Translations under genes and position numbers: made by a program | Source: Amphiscolops sp. MND2022 | Lineage: Eukaryota | Reading direction: 5' to 3' | DNA length: 64,000 nt | Assembly: GCA_964187785.1 (NCBI GenBank) | Contig: OZ076409.1 | Span: 30,318,001 to 30,382,000 of the forward strand | Notes under the pieces: model-generated | The model's database searches: none | The model's input: the letters and a program-made list of their open reading frames with translations, nothing else | Told to the model about the DNA's origin: nothing | Part shown: positions 50,077 through 61,749 of the stretch, piece by piece | Layout: each line of letters begins with the position of its first letter | Numbering within the stretch: position 1 is the stretch's first letter

Positions 50077-52955
50077 GTTGTTCGCAGGCATAATTAAACT
50101 TTCTTTCCTTTTTTTCTATTCAAGGACCTGATCAATTGTTATCAGCATTAGTCAGTTCAGCTGCTTCAACATTTCCCAGTTTTTTCAGCTCGGCTTATCA
50201 TTGATATAAAATAAAAAAGAAAGTTCCAATAGCTTACTTTGTGTAATACTGAAAAGGAAGTGCTTTTCGTGTACGTGCGACGAAAAGACATTGCGTGAGT
50301 AAGTGTGAAGCAGTGTTTGTATATGAGCTCTGTGTGTTCAGGAAATGTATAGGGAACAATAAGGTTGAAACATTGAGGGGAAATAGTTATTATGACTGAG
50401 TAATATTTTTAGGCATAGCAGAACCTATCCCATTTGCTTATGCAAACCAGTTGGTTCAGCAAAGTCAACAACTTACTTGTTGACAACCGGATTATTGTTT
50501 TCTGTACTCAGTTTTATCCAGGTCAAAACTCGAGGAAAAATTGACATCAGTAAAATCGTAGAAATTGTCTCTCTTTCCAGGAAGTTTTTCAGATACACAC
50601 AACTTACATTTTGTTTTATTTTAAACGAAAATCTTCTGTTGTAATTTCTCTATTCAATTAGAACTGAACTGATGTAAGTCTTTAGGAGAATAATGTTAGT
50701 GACCAAATTGGATTAAAGTAGTCATTTAATGGGCATGTTTATGTAAAATTGGCCTGTTTTTTTCTGTGTGTGTCCGATGAAGTAATTTTGCAGTAGGATT
50801 CAAACAACAGCAGCATGAAAATTCCGGAAAATATTCAAAGAAAAAATCGGAGAAAAAAACAGGCGGGAACTACTCTAAGGTCAAAATATACAAAACGGCG
50901 AAATGAACTCAAAGAAAATGTCCTCAGATTATATTCAATTACCTGCAGAATCAAGTCAGCGGAACATATCATAAGATAGAATATAGATCAAAAGAAAAGT
51001 AGTGAATGAAAAATCTCCACCGAAATTCCGAGCTTTTTATCAACTCCCATACGTGGGACCAAATTGGGTTGAAGATAATTTTCTGTGTCAGAAATCTCTG
51101 TCGTGGGAATTGTAACTTAGCAAAGCAAAAAATATGGAAGTAGAAGAGATATTTCACAAAAGAATTTGGATAAGATAAGAGACAAGGGGTAGAATAGGAG
51201 AGACGAAGACAGACTTCACAAGTCTAAGAGAAATATAAGCAAAGAAAGGCTTAACGAATTAGGAGAAGATCGGAAGCTAAGAGTAAAAGGACAGAAGGAG
51301 AGTAGGAAAAGAGGAGATAGAGAAGAAGAAGAGAAAGGATGAAAGAAGAGAGCTGGCGAAGGTCTGCCAATTGGTGGGAGCTTCAATCTCCAGCTTTATT
51401 AAAACAGTCAAACAAATCGGCGAGACTGTCTGACCAGAATGCTTTTCATATAACCAATCGGAGCTTCGTTTGGATTTAAATCACCGCTGTGAACAAATGA
51501 AACTTTCTTCTGTGCAATTCTGCGGTAGAAAAACGTTAAATGAAGCACTGGTCAATATTTTTGGAAGTTCAGTCGTGGGGTGAAAAAAAATCGAATTATC
51601 AAAATATTATTTGACGACTTTGATAGAAAAGCTAACAAAAGCACCGCAAAAGTCTAGTACGTGTGAGGTACATCCAGAAACTGCAAGGAATTGCATTTCT
51701 TAAGTACCTGGGTGAAATCATGCCGTGAACATAAAAATCGGTACTATGTGTCTAGTTTGCATATCATTGCGGTCCGCTTTGGGCCATGGATTTTTGGACA
51801 TTATGAGCGCTCTGGAGATTTTCTGGAGGTCATTTCGTGACACGCATTGTTGAGGATGTTGTCCCAGAATTCGAAAAGTTTCTTGAGGGTGTACATTCCG
51901 GCGTCTGGTAATCCTGGAAAAAACATGGTCTTTTATTGTCTTCTTCATGTCTGAAAATTTTGAATAGGTCGTCGCAGGCTGGTTGGCAAGCCTTTGCATT
52001 GCTAGTGAAGTCCGTCTCCATTTTTCTTTGTTTTAGGTGAACATCCTCGGAAAACTTGTTTTTCGTTTTCCAGAGCATGTTCTAGGTCTCTTCTGTTCCT
52101 AATAAAGGTGATGGTAATCCTAAGAAAGGATAAAGATGATGATTGGGTCTGGCCCGCTATGTATGGTCATCGACTGGCCTCGTTCGATTCTGAGGTAATC
52201 GTTCATTCTTGTGAAGGAAATTTGGAGTGTATTAGGAAACAATCCTTATATTCTTCATTTTGATTCAGGACGGCAAAGGCGAGTTCTGTTGAGAATCTGA
52301 TTCAGTATTTCGGGATTTCGTGTTCTATGACGTCGAGGACCGAGTATCCAATTGTACTTTGCACTGGGGTGATTCTATGTTTTTGATGTTTTCCATGACA
52401 ATTGGCAAAGTCTTTTGGAAACTTGTGCAGATGACAAAAAATTGAGTCCTGTAGAGACTGCTTTCCTGTAGGAACCTAGTTCTAGGAAAAGCAAAATTTT
52501 GAGCCTTTCAGGGCTCATTTGTAGCATCGTGTTGTCTTTGGTTCCATGGACATAGAATATAGGAATTTGATCATTAAAGTTTGTGATACACTTTGGTAAA
52601 CTTTCATTATTTGAAGACTTCTATGGTGAAGTATTCAAATGTCATTTGCGTTCAATTCCCGGAAATCAAATTGTATTTTGTCGACTTGTTGCTGGCAGAC
52701 GTTGTTTCTAAATAGACTTGTGTCTTCATCTGAGTGATCCAGACTGTCAGTGGGAATTTGTGTTGACCACTGGAGTGGTAGTAGAGTTTTAAGGTACTGT
52801 TTTCATCACAGGGATGGTTTGTGCAGAATAGTTCAGTGTTCTGTGGTGGCTTCGGCTGATTTCGAGGTCTTGTTGAAATTGGCATTATTCTCTGAACGTT
52901 CCGTAGTTGTTATATGTAAACTTGATCTACTATTTTCTAGAGGGCAGCACTGCTG

Positions 52956-54406
52956 TTACGTTTTTCGGTTTTCTGGGACTATAGTAGCCTGAAGGACAAC
53001 GTCTGAGGTAAAGTTCACTGAGTATTCGGTCTCCAAATTTTGTACTGTGTTGGATCGTCCTATATCGATTTTTTTGTTGAAAGTCCGATCGCATGTTTCA
53101 ATCGCGGTGTGTGGTTTTTCCTTTCTAGTTTGTTGTCTCCGGAAAACTGACCTAATATTTGACGGAAGATTGTGTGTTCCTATTGAAAGAGCCACGTGGG
53201 TTTCTGTTGAAGGTAAAGAGATTACAGATCTTGTTCTTCGAAGTCTTGGCGAGACGCTCCTTGAAATCTTACGGTTGTTGGAAAATGGTCTTCTGTCCTC
53301 TGGTGAAAATCTGGAGGCCTTTAGTGCAAATCGTGTGTCCATAGTTTTGCATTCTGGGCTCGGATTCCTAGTTGATGTCCTGTATTATCTGTGCTATATT
53401 GATTTTGCCTGCATTGGTCCCGCAAGAGCAAGTTGATGTGCCACTGCCATTTGGTTTTGATTCTCGAAAGTGGGTTATCTGGTCGGAAATCCAGTGCTCG
53501 TTTCATCTTGTTGTAGTCGTGGGTAAAACGGGTTTTTTCGTTCTGGGCTCTTCAGACTTCATCGTCTCGCATTTTTCTACTGCACCAGATAGGTGTGTGC
53601 TCATTTGTTCTGCAGTAGCCCCAGAACCGAGTGGCCATTCTTCGACCGGTACCGTTTGCGTCTACAGTTTTCTCTACTGCGTTGATTGTGTTGTTCGTCT
53701 GCTGTATGATTTTTGGTTTGATTCTCATGATTTCATATCGCCTTTCTTGGATGAGTGGGTCTGCGTATGATTCTCTACCAGTTGAGGCGGTAGTCACCGG
53801 GTAGGATGGGCTTTGCATAGTTCTGCTTATAAAATTGTTTTCAACTCGCGTTTGGGTGATCTAATATGAATTCGTGAGCCTTTTTTCTTAGTGTTGGCGT
53901 GGCGGTCTTTGACCTCAGTGAGTAATCAATGCATCTTTGTCTTCTTTGTTGGTCCTGTGCCGTTCTTTCTGCTATTCTGTTGTTTCGTGCAACTCCTGCT
54001 AGATGTTTTTTTTGAAATACTTTTCTAATTCTGCGTAGGATATTTATGATTTCTTCTCCATTTCGTCTGTTGGTCTATTCTGCTTCCATTCTGTGTCTGA
54101 ATTTGCACTCCCATCTGCGAATCTTGTTGTAAAATGTTCTCTGTTTTCGTTCAAAAAGCTAGCTTCTCTGACGCTTGTATCGAATCAATTCGTTGGCGGT
54201 CCTCCTACGTTGGTAGCGATGTCGAATATCCTTTCAAAGTTGTAGTCGTCAAGAGCTGCCCCATTCGATGGGGTATCACCATGACAAACTCGAAATTTCT
54301 TCTGGAATAATTGTATAAACTGTACAGGATCGGGATATGGGTCTATTCCGTTGAAATAGTCTCTAGCGAGGTCCGGATAGGGCAAATATTTTTGTGCAGT
54401 TATCAT
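52956..54406 (-). pseudogene. gag: B copy 2 gag with W-x2-C-x4-H-x4-C knuckle
   Basis: ATNVGGPPTN(W); FWGYCRTNEHTPIWCSRK in ORF 53552-53818. Confidence 0.7.
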
Positions 54407-55309
54407 GAGCGTACGAAATTAGAGAAGATAGGAGATGAAGCAAAGAATAGGAAACTATATTTCAATGAATGTTTTTCAAGGTCTGGGTACGTGTCCACAA
54501 AATGCGAAAGTGATCTTCACTCAGATGACATTTTTCAAAAAAATGTGAAGAGTAGGCTAGTCGAATGCTGCATGAATTTCATGGAAAGCTCTAAACCTGG
54601 AAAAACTTTGCTGGTGTACTTTGTATAGTCCTACAATCAATGTCGGATGTTGAGAAAAGTAGTTCAGGGTGTTACTCTTCAAACTTCATGAAATACTCTA
54701 ACATTATGGCGAGTGCAATTAGTCCACTGGGCTTTGTACCTAATGTAAAATTAACTTTTTCTTGCGGCTTTTGGAATCACATTTGTTCTCAAGATCAACT
54801 TCCGGAGGCCCGGATTGCTGTCATGCAAAATAAAGCTGGTTATGCCGGAGCCTTTTTTACAGCTACATCATGCTACTTCACAGGTTGCAGGACACCCACT
54901 GTTCTCACGGCCTTCGAAGAGTCTCTGAAAGACCTAGACGGGCCTTCAGTCAAAATATACCCATCTGGACAAGCATTAGAGTGCACAGGCAAGCCTTATT
55001 TGCTCAAAGCGCAACATAGTGCTTTCAATATCTCGGATTCCACGACCATACCTTTAACCGTGCAAAATAGGCAAATTACGTCATTTGTCCCGGTTTCCAC
55101 GGATTCAGTCGTGGATTCCAGTAACAAATGCTTAGCTGTACGAACTCTGGATTCCACGACCTCATGCTTGACGCGATACGCGGCATCTTTTCTTGAATTA
55201 AATTCAAGTGGAAGATTGAACAAACATAATATTATGCACTACTTTTCGTATATTAGTTCAAAATGATTCAAACAATCACACCAATTTCACACAAAATTTT
55301 TGTATTTCT

Positions 55310-55910
55310 CAGTTTAGTACCAGTTTTGAACAAACTGCAAGATCATCACAATCTGCCATTGTTTGATGACATGCTTTAATTTTGGTACCAGTCAAAAGTA
55401 TCTCTATTCGTACTTTGGGACTTTTCGTGTCAATCACAACAATTTCTTTTGATATAAAATTGAATTAATTTAAGTTCTTCTGCCTTTCTAATTATGATCA
55501 TGCAAAATGAATATATTACACAAATATTCGTTTTTTCGGTTTAGTACCAGTTTTGAACAAACTGCAAGATCATCACAATCTGCCTTTATTTGTTGACATG
55601 CTTTTATTTTGGTACCAGTCACGAGTATCTCTATTCGTACATCTTGGATTTTTTGTGTCAATCAAAACAATTTCCTTTGATATAAGATTGATTAAGTTCA
55701 AGTTTTTCTGCCTTTCTAATAATGATCATGCGAAATGAATTTTATATTACACAAATTTTCGTATTTTCAAGTTTAGTACCGTTTTGAACAAACTGCCAGA
55801 TCATCACAATCTGCCCTTATTTGATGACATGCTTTTATTTTGGTACCAGTCACGAGTATCTCTATTCGTACTTTGGGACTTTTCGGGTCAATCAAAACAA
55901 GTTCCATTAA
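55310..55910 (+). repeat. About 230-bp tandem repeat, about 2.6 copies
   Basis: tttagtaccagttttgaacaaactgcaagatcatcacaatctgcc at about 55313, 55541 and 55771. Confidence 0.92.
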
Positions 55911-56417
55911 TATGTAAATTTTTTCAACTTGGTGAAAATAAAAAAAGTGCCAATTAGATTAATTTTTGTCAAAATTTGCAATTTCTAACTTTTGTAATAT
56001 TTGTCGCAGAAATTTCAAACAAACATTTTTGTAAACTGGATGAAATTCTGACTCATTTCCAGGTCCAGACAACTGAACGAGAACTGCGCAGGGGAGAGAG
56101 CTAAACCGCACAAAAACGGACTTCTTCGGGCAAAATGTGATGATCACAAAAAGTAACGGGCCATAACCCACAGGAAGCGAAGGCGAAGGAAGCGAAAACG
56201 AATACTGATAAAAGTCCAAACATACAAACACTCCCAGTTGCTACTTAATACTCGTGGTACTACCTATATTAAACGATACTCAATTGAGTTTTGATGATAG
56301 TAGTATGTACAAGGATGATACTTTATTCAATAGTATGTACAATTTCAAGAAAGCAAAGTTCGATTACTAAAATATAATTTTTCTACTTTGTATTTTTTCG
56401 AAGGATTCCAAGCTTTT

Positions 56418-56489
56418 GCGGTCGGAGAGATTCGAACTCGAAACTTTATACTTAGGAAGCCAACGCTCTTACCATTCGACCATAGCGCC
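56418..56489 (-). pseudogene. tRNA-like pseudogene or tRNA-derived SINE head (anticodon position CCT, Arg)
   Basis: GGCGCTATGGTCGAATGGTAAGAGCGTTGGC-TT-CCT-AA-GTATAAAGTTTCGAGTTCGAATC has A and B boxes, but the acceptor and anticodon stems do not pair. Confidence 0.7.
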
Positions 56490-56529
56490 TCTGATTGGAC
56501 GATTTGTTATTTGCTATATAACATTTCCT

Positions 56530-59330
56530 CTTTTATAAATTGAGAAAATAGGTATACTAAGAGGCCTCTTTTTCGTCCTCACGAAAAATTTTTTGGAGAT
56601 ATTTTAACTGTCTGACTTCCAAGAGCAACGAATTTTGGCTTTAAAAAGTCTTTGTCTCACGAAAACCTTGAAAACAATTTTGCAAGGCATTTTATTAAAA
56701 AATGGCTTTTATTTATAACTGTCTTGTTATCGAAATATGGCAGATTTCTTTCAACTGCCATTTTTAATGAGCAATCAACGAATGAGATAGTTCTTGAATG
56801 GTCCTAAAACGACCGTGGAAAGTAAGACCATATCATTATACATGTGTCGTGGAAACCGCATACTAATCTTGAACTGTAAGAAAACAACTACCAAAGGAGG
56901 TAGTACGTTAATATTTAATTCTGACTGTCTTTTTGTACGTCAATAGTGAAATTTTGATATACCGTATTAGTGTCATGGAAAAATTGCTGTAAATTCAATG
57001 ACGTTTTAGAATATTCTGACATTTATTCATATCTGGCTCACTATTGAAAACTGGCAGATTTTAATGAAATGGTACATTTTCGATTGGTTAGCAATTTTAG
57101 AGGCCGGCTTTTGTTCGCTCGAAAGATAATATGGACACATTTTGTCTCTCTAACTTCTAATAGCAACGAATTTTGGCTAAAAATGCAATTCAAAAGTGAA
57201 AGTAATCATGACTAGTTTTGATCCCAATCGTGAGTAAGTTTTTTACTCACGATTGGGACCAGAATATCACAAAATCTTCCTTCATTTTAGTATACTGAAA
57301 GGCCTCCTTTTTGTCCTCACGAAAGATATAATGGACATATTTTAACTGTCTGACTTCTAATAACAACGAAATTTGGCTAACATTGCAATTCTAAAGTGAA
57401 ATTAATCGTGACTAATTTTGGTCCATGTGGCAAAGCGCTAGCTCTAGAACAAACCTCGAGATCGCTAGCAGGTTGTTAGTAAAAACAACCGTAGAAAAAG
57501 ATAAAGAGTGAAAGATCATTCATCATATGGTCTAAACGTAAAATACAGTTGCGCCAATTGAAAGTATTCACTCATCAGATCTCTCTTTAACTAGACTGAT
57601 CATTAGTTCAGTTATTAGTCTTCGGGCCCTTTAACATGGCGCTGCGAGACTGTTAGCAACGAATATTTGTCTCTTTGACTTGGAATAAACACGAAATTCG
57701 TCTCAAAAGTCCTAGTCTCACGGAAACACCGATCAATCTTGCATGGCATTTTTTGAAATTGTGGCATTTATTTATAACTGTCGTGTCATCAAAATATGGC
57801 AGATTTCTGTCAACTGCCATTTTTTTAAGCATTCAACGAATGAGCTCGTTCTTGATTGGTCCCAAAACGACTGTGGAACGTAAGACCATATCTTTATACA
57901 TGTGTCGTGGAAACCGCATACTAATCTTAAACTGTAAGAAAACAACTACCAAAGGGGGTAGTACGTTAATATTTATTTCTGACTGTATTTTTGTACGTCA
58001 ATAGTGAAATTTTGATATACCGTATTAGTGTCATGGAAAAATTGCTCTAATTTCAATGACGTTTTACAATATTCTGATATTTATTCATATCTGGCTCACT
58101 ATTGAAAACTGGCAGATTTTAATGAAATGGTACATTTTCGATTGGTTAGCAATTTTAGAGGCCGGCTTTTGTTCGCTCGAAAGAACTTTGGCTAAAAATG
58201 CAATTCAAAAGTGAAAGTAATCATGATTAATTTTGGTCCCAATCGTGAGTAATGTTTTTTACTCACGACTGGGACCAAATTATCACAAAATCTTACTTCA
58301 TTTTAGTATACTGAAAGGCCTCCTTTTTGTCCCCACGAAAGATAATATGGACATATTTTAACTGTCTGTCTTCTAATAACAACGAAATTCGTCTAAAAAT
58401 GCATTTCAAAAGTGAAATTAATCATGACTAATTTTGGTCCATGTGGCAAAGCAAGCGCTAGCTCTAGAACAAACCTCAAGATCGCTAGCAGGTTGTTAGT
58501 AAAAACAACCGTAGAAAAAGAAAAAGAGTGAAAGATCATTCACCATACGGTCTAAACGTAAAATACAGTTGCGTCAATTGAAATTATTCACTCATCAAAT
58601 CTCTCTTTAACTAGACTGATCATTAGGTCAGTTATTAGTCTTCGGGCCCTTTAACATGGCGCTGCGAGACTGTTAGCAACGAATTTTTGTCTCTTTGACT
58701 TGGAATAAACACGAAATTCGTCTCAAAAGTCATAGTCTCACGGAAACACCGATCAATCTTGCATGGCATTTTTTGAAAGTGTGGCATTAATTTATAACTG
58801 TCTTGTCATCAAAATATGGCAGATTTCTGTCAATTGCCATTTTGTATAAGCATTCAACGAATGAGCTCGTTCTTGATTGGTCCTTAAACGACTGTGGAAA
58901 GTAAGACCATATCAATATACATGTGTCGTGGAAACCGCATACTAATCTTAAACTGTAAGAAAACAACTACCAAAGGGGGTAGTACGTCAATATTTAAATC
59001 TGACTGTATTGTCCTGGTTTCCACCAAAATAGCCTTCACTGTTCGATGGCCACGAAAGCGACTGTGGAAAGTAGGACCATATCTTTATACTTGTGTCGTA
59101 GAAACCGCATACATATCTTAAACTGTAAGAAAACAACTACCAAAGGGGGTAGTACGTCAAAATTTAAAACCTTATAAAGCGTCATATGGTCATGGAAATA
59201 TTGTTCAGTGTTGAATGGCGTTGTAAAATAACATGTCATTCAATATTTTTTGGCTTGTCATCAAAATCTGGCAAATTTTGTTTAGGTGTCAGATTTTCGA
59301 TTTGTTAGAGTTCTTAGAGGCGCCAATAAT
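56530..59330 (+). repeat. About 1.0-1.06 kb tandem repeat with internal sub-repeats and a 16-20 bp hairpin
   Basis: Core actgtcttgtcatcaaaatatggcag...gtagtacgt at about 56718, 57777 and 58797, with a partial repeat near 59060. Confidence 0.9.
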
Positions 59331-60114
59331 TCAAACCTTATAAACCGTCTTAATGTTATGAAAATATTGTCCAGTTTTGGGAATTTTTTCCCTTTTTTTC
59401 TGAGAAACACGAGTCTCTGTGAGTTTGTGTACAGAACTTTCTCAGAGATACATATCATACAAACCATTTCAGATTGCTAGTGTGTCATGAGCAGGATGCC
59501 TAAAACTGTCAAAACTCTCTCTGAAAAAGATGTTTCCTATACTGCTAGCCAAGGACCGTAATTTTGATGTTACAAATATGAAGGAAAGAAGTGAATTTGA
59601 CTTCTTTGTTAAATCCTGGTTTTCAAACGCGTGCCGATAAAGGGCAAATAAGGGGCAAATTTTAAAACAAAGGGCGGCAAATATTTAGCAAAATTTTAAA
59701 AAATGAAGGGCAAATTGCATGAGTTGTCTAAACTCTGACTCTACTACACTTCCCTCTTTAGCACTTGAAGTTAGGGGGGGAGTTACGCACAATGCGATGA
59801 TTGGTTACTGCATTAGTTAATAATATCATACTAGAACTGTACAGAATTACTGACCACGTAACTTTAATAAATAACTGTAATAATAACTAAAATCACTGGT
59901 GTTTATACAACACACTTAGCACTGTATACTGGGGAGTACTAAAGGTTTATGTATGGTGGGGTCGTTTAGCACTAGGAATGGTTAGTACTAGAGTTAAAGT
60001 ATTAACTCAACAGTTTAACAAACACAAATTTTTGTTGTTCATCTTTTCTTTCTTTCCGTTCATTTGGGTGCCGCGATTTCAAACACACTTGGCGAGCTGT
60101 CGTCTAAATGACAG

Positions 60115-60354
60115 TCAGCCCATCCTAAAGCCCAAGAAGGGGTCGATTATTACGCTTCCATTGGGCCCGTTCCTTAAGACACAGTTCTTCCTGCAAAGGG
60201 GGCACGCAACTTGGAGTCTCGCCTGGGCCACCCCTCTGCGCTCGTTGTCGCGATCCTTCTCCTCAATCCAATGATTGCGGCATCCCTCACAGAGGAAGTG
60301 TTGGTCGTGGAGGCTCGTTCGTGGTTCTTCGTGGCAAACCATGCACTGAGGCAT
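60115..60354 (-). CDS. 79-aa RING-finger-like ORF (variant ligand set C2-H-H-C4)
   Basis: CMVC..LHDQHFLCEGC..CPLCR. True ATG in an acaaaATG context. Confidence 0.6.
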   Translation of the reverse strand: MPQCMVCHEEPRTSLHDQHFLCEGCRNHWIEEKDRDNERRGVAQARLQVACPLCRKNCVLRNGPNGSVIIDPFLGFRMG

Positions 60355-60689
60355 TTTGTGATATAGGATGAAAACTTATGGTGAGATGAAAACTATAAGA
60401 TGAAAACTGAAGGTAGGAAAAAGAGCAGAATTGCAACTTGATTTCGAAGTTCTGCATGTTTTTGCTAGGCAGTATTGCAAATGAATGACTGGTTAAACCA
60501 GTAACCGAAATTTTAGCAAACATTGAAAGATTTCAACTAAAGGGAAAGTGAGATCAACAATTTCTTTTTGTTCAGCTATTGCTATTGAACCGTGAATCAG
60601 AACCTCGCTGCTTCTCAGCCACTTCTTTATATTTCAATTGAGTCAACTTCAAATTGTAAGTATGACTATGTCCCCAATCATGACATGTA

Positions 60690-61500
60690 ACAGCAACGAA
60701 GATTGTCTCAAAAGTGATTCAAACGTGGAATTGAACCAAAAAATACTCACCAATGGGGCCAAATTTTCACAAAATCTTCCTTCATATTGAAACGGTATTT
60801 TGTCCTAACGAAAGATATCATTGGCAAATTTTGTCTCTCTGATTTGTAATAAACACAAAATTTGTCTCAAAAGTCCTAGTCACACGAAAACACGGAAAAC
60901 AATTGTGCATGGCATTTTTTGAAAACGTGGCATTTATTCATAACTGTCTTGTCATCAAAATATGGCAGATTTCTGTCAACTGCCATTTTTTATGAGCATT
61001 CAACGAATGAGCTAGTTCTTGAATAATCCCAAAACGACTGTGGAAAGTAAGACTATAACATTGTACACTTGTCATGGAAACCGCATACTAATCATAAACT
61101 GTAAGAAAACAACTACCAAAGGGGGTAGTACGTCAATATTTAAATCTGACTGTATTGTCCTGGTTTCCACCATTTTAAGCATAATGTCCTGGATTCCATC
61201 AAAATACCAAAATAGCATTCACTGTTCGATGGCCATGAAAGCGACTGTGGAAAGTAGGACCATGTCAGTTTACATGTGTCGTGGAAAAACGCATACATAA
61301 CTTAAACTGTAAGAAAACAACTACCAAAGGTAGTAGTATTTCAATATGTAACTTTTAAAAACCGTATTAGTGTCATGGAACTATTGTTCATTTTTGAATG
61401 GCGTTTCATAATTTTCTTGCGTTTTTTATTGTTTTGCTTTTAAATAAAATCTGGCAGATTTTGTTAAACTCCAACTTTCGATTGGTTTACCATGGTTTAT
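60690..61500 (+). repeat. Further copy of the 1-kb repeat family
   Basis: Core at about 60944, partial at about 61232. Confidence 0.88.
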
Positions 61501-61749
61501 CATAACCTCTACTTCTCGCGACGTAACGGGGTACGATGTGTTGGTTTCTCTTCACTGTATCTGATCTTCAGCAGAGTACGAAAAATCTTTTACAACTTGA
61601 AATTGGAATTATGTTTATCACAGAGATACGCAAATTCAAGAACAGAATTCTAATAGTATAATTTTGAAATAGTATTGTATCGCTAGATATGAACACAAAT
61701 ATCAACACTACATAGTTACGGTGTCCCATTTTTTGTTGAACTCTGGGGT

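Larger units (their letters stand above)
41381..54950 (-). mobile_element. Family B: head-to-tail array of three diverged gag-encoding LTR-type elements (period about 5.2 kb), no recognisable pol
   Basis: Homologous ORFs at 42727/47530/52956 and 43813/48904/54185. PBS plus LTR-end junctions at 44872 and 50076, 5204 bp apart. The third copy is truncated before its PBS. Confidence 0.8.

Noticed and set aside
54640-55266. 208-aa plus-strand ORF
   Set aside because: It spans the antisense of the B 5' UTR and an unrelated downstream segment, so it is a chimeric chance frame.
59625-59737. hAT-like end (CAGAGTTTAGACAA on minus strand) with repeated AAGGGCAAA motifs
   Set aside because: No partner TIR or TSD found, and it faces away from the transposase. 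At most an unclassifiable fragment.
59788-59794. CACAATG heptamer as a Transib/RSS-like terminus of the transposase element
   Set aside because: No nonamer at 12 or 23 nt spacing and no matching second end in the window. A 7-mer is expected by chance.
55310-61500. CRISPR-like or other prokaryotic repeat-spacer array
   Set aside because: Repeats are 230-1060 bp degenerate tandem units with no unique spacers and no cas genes. The context is eukaryotic.
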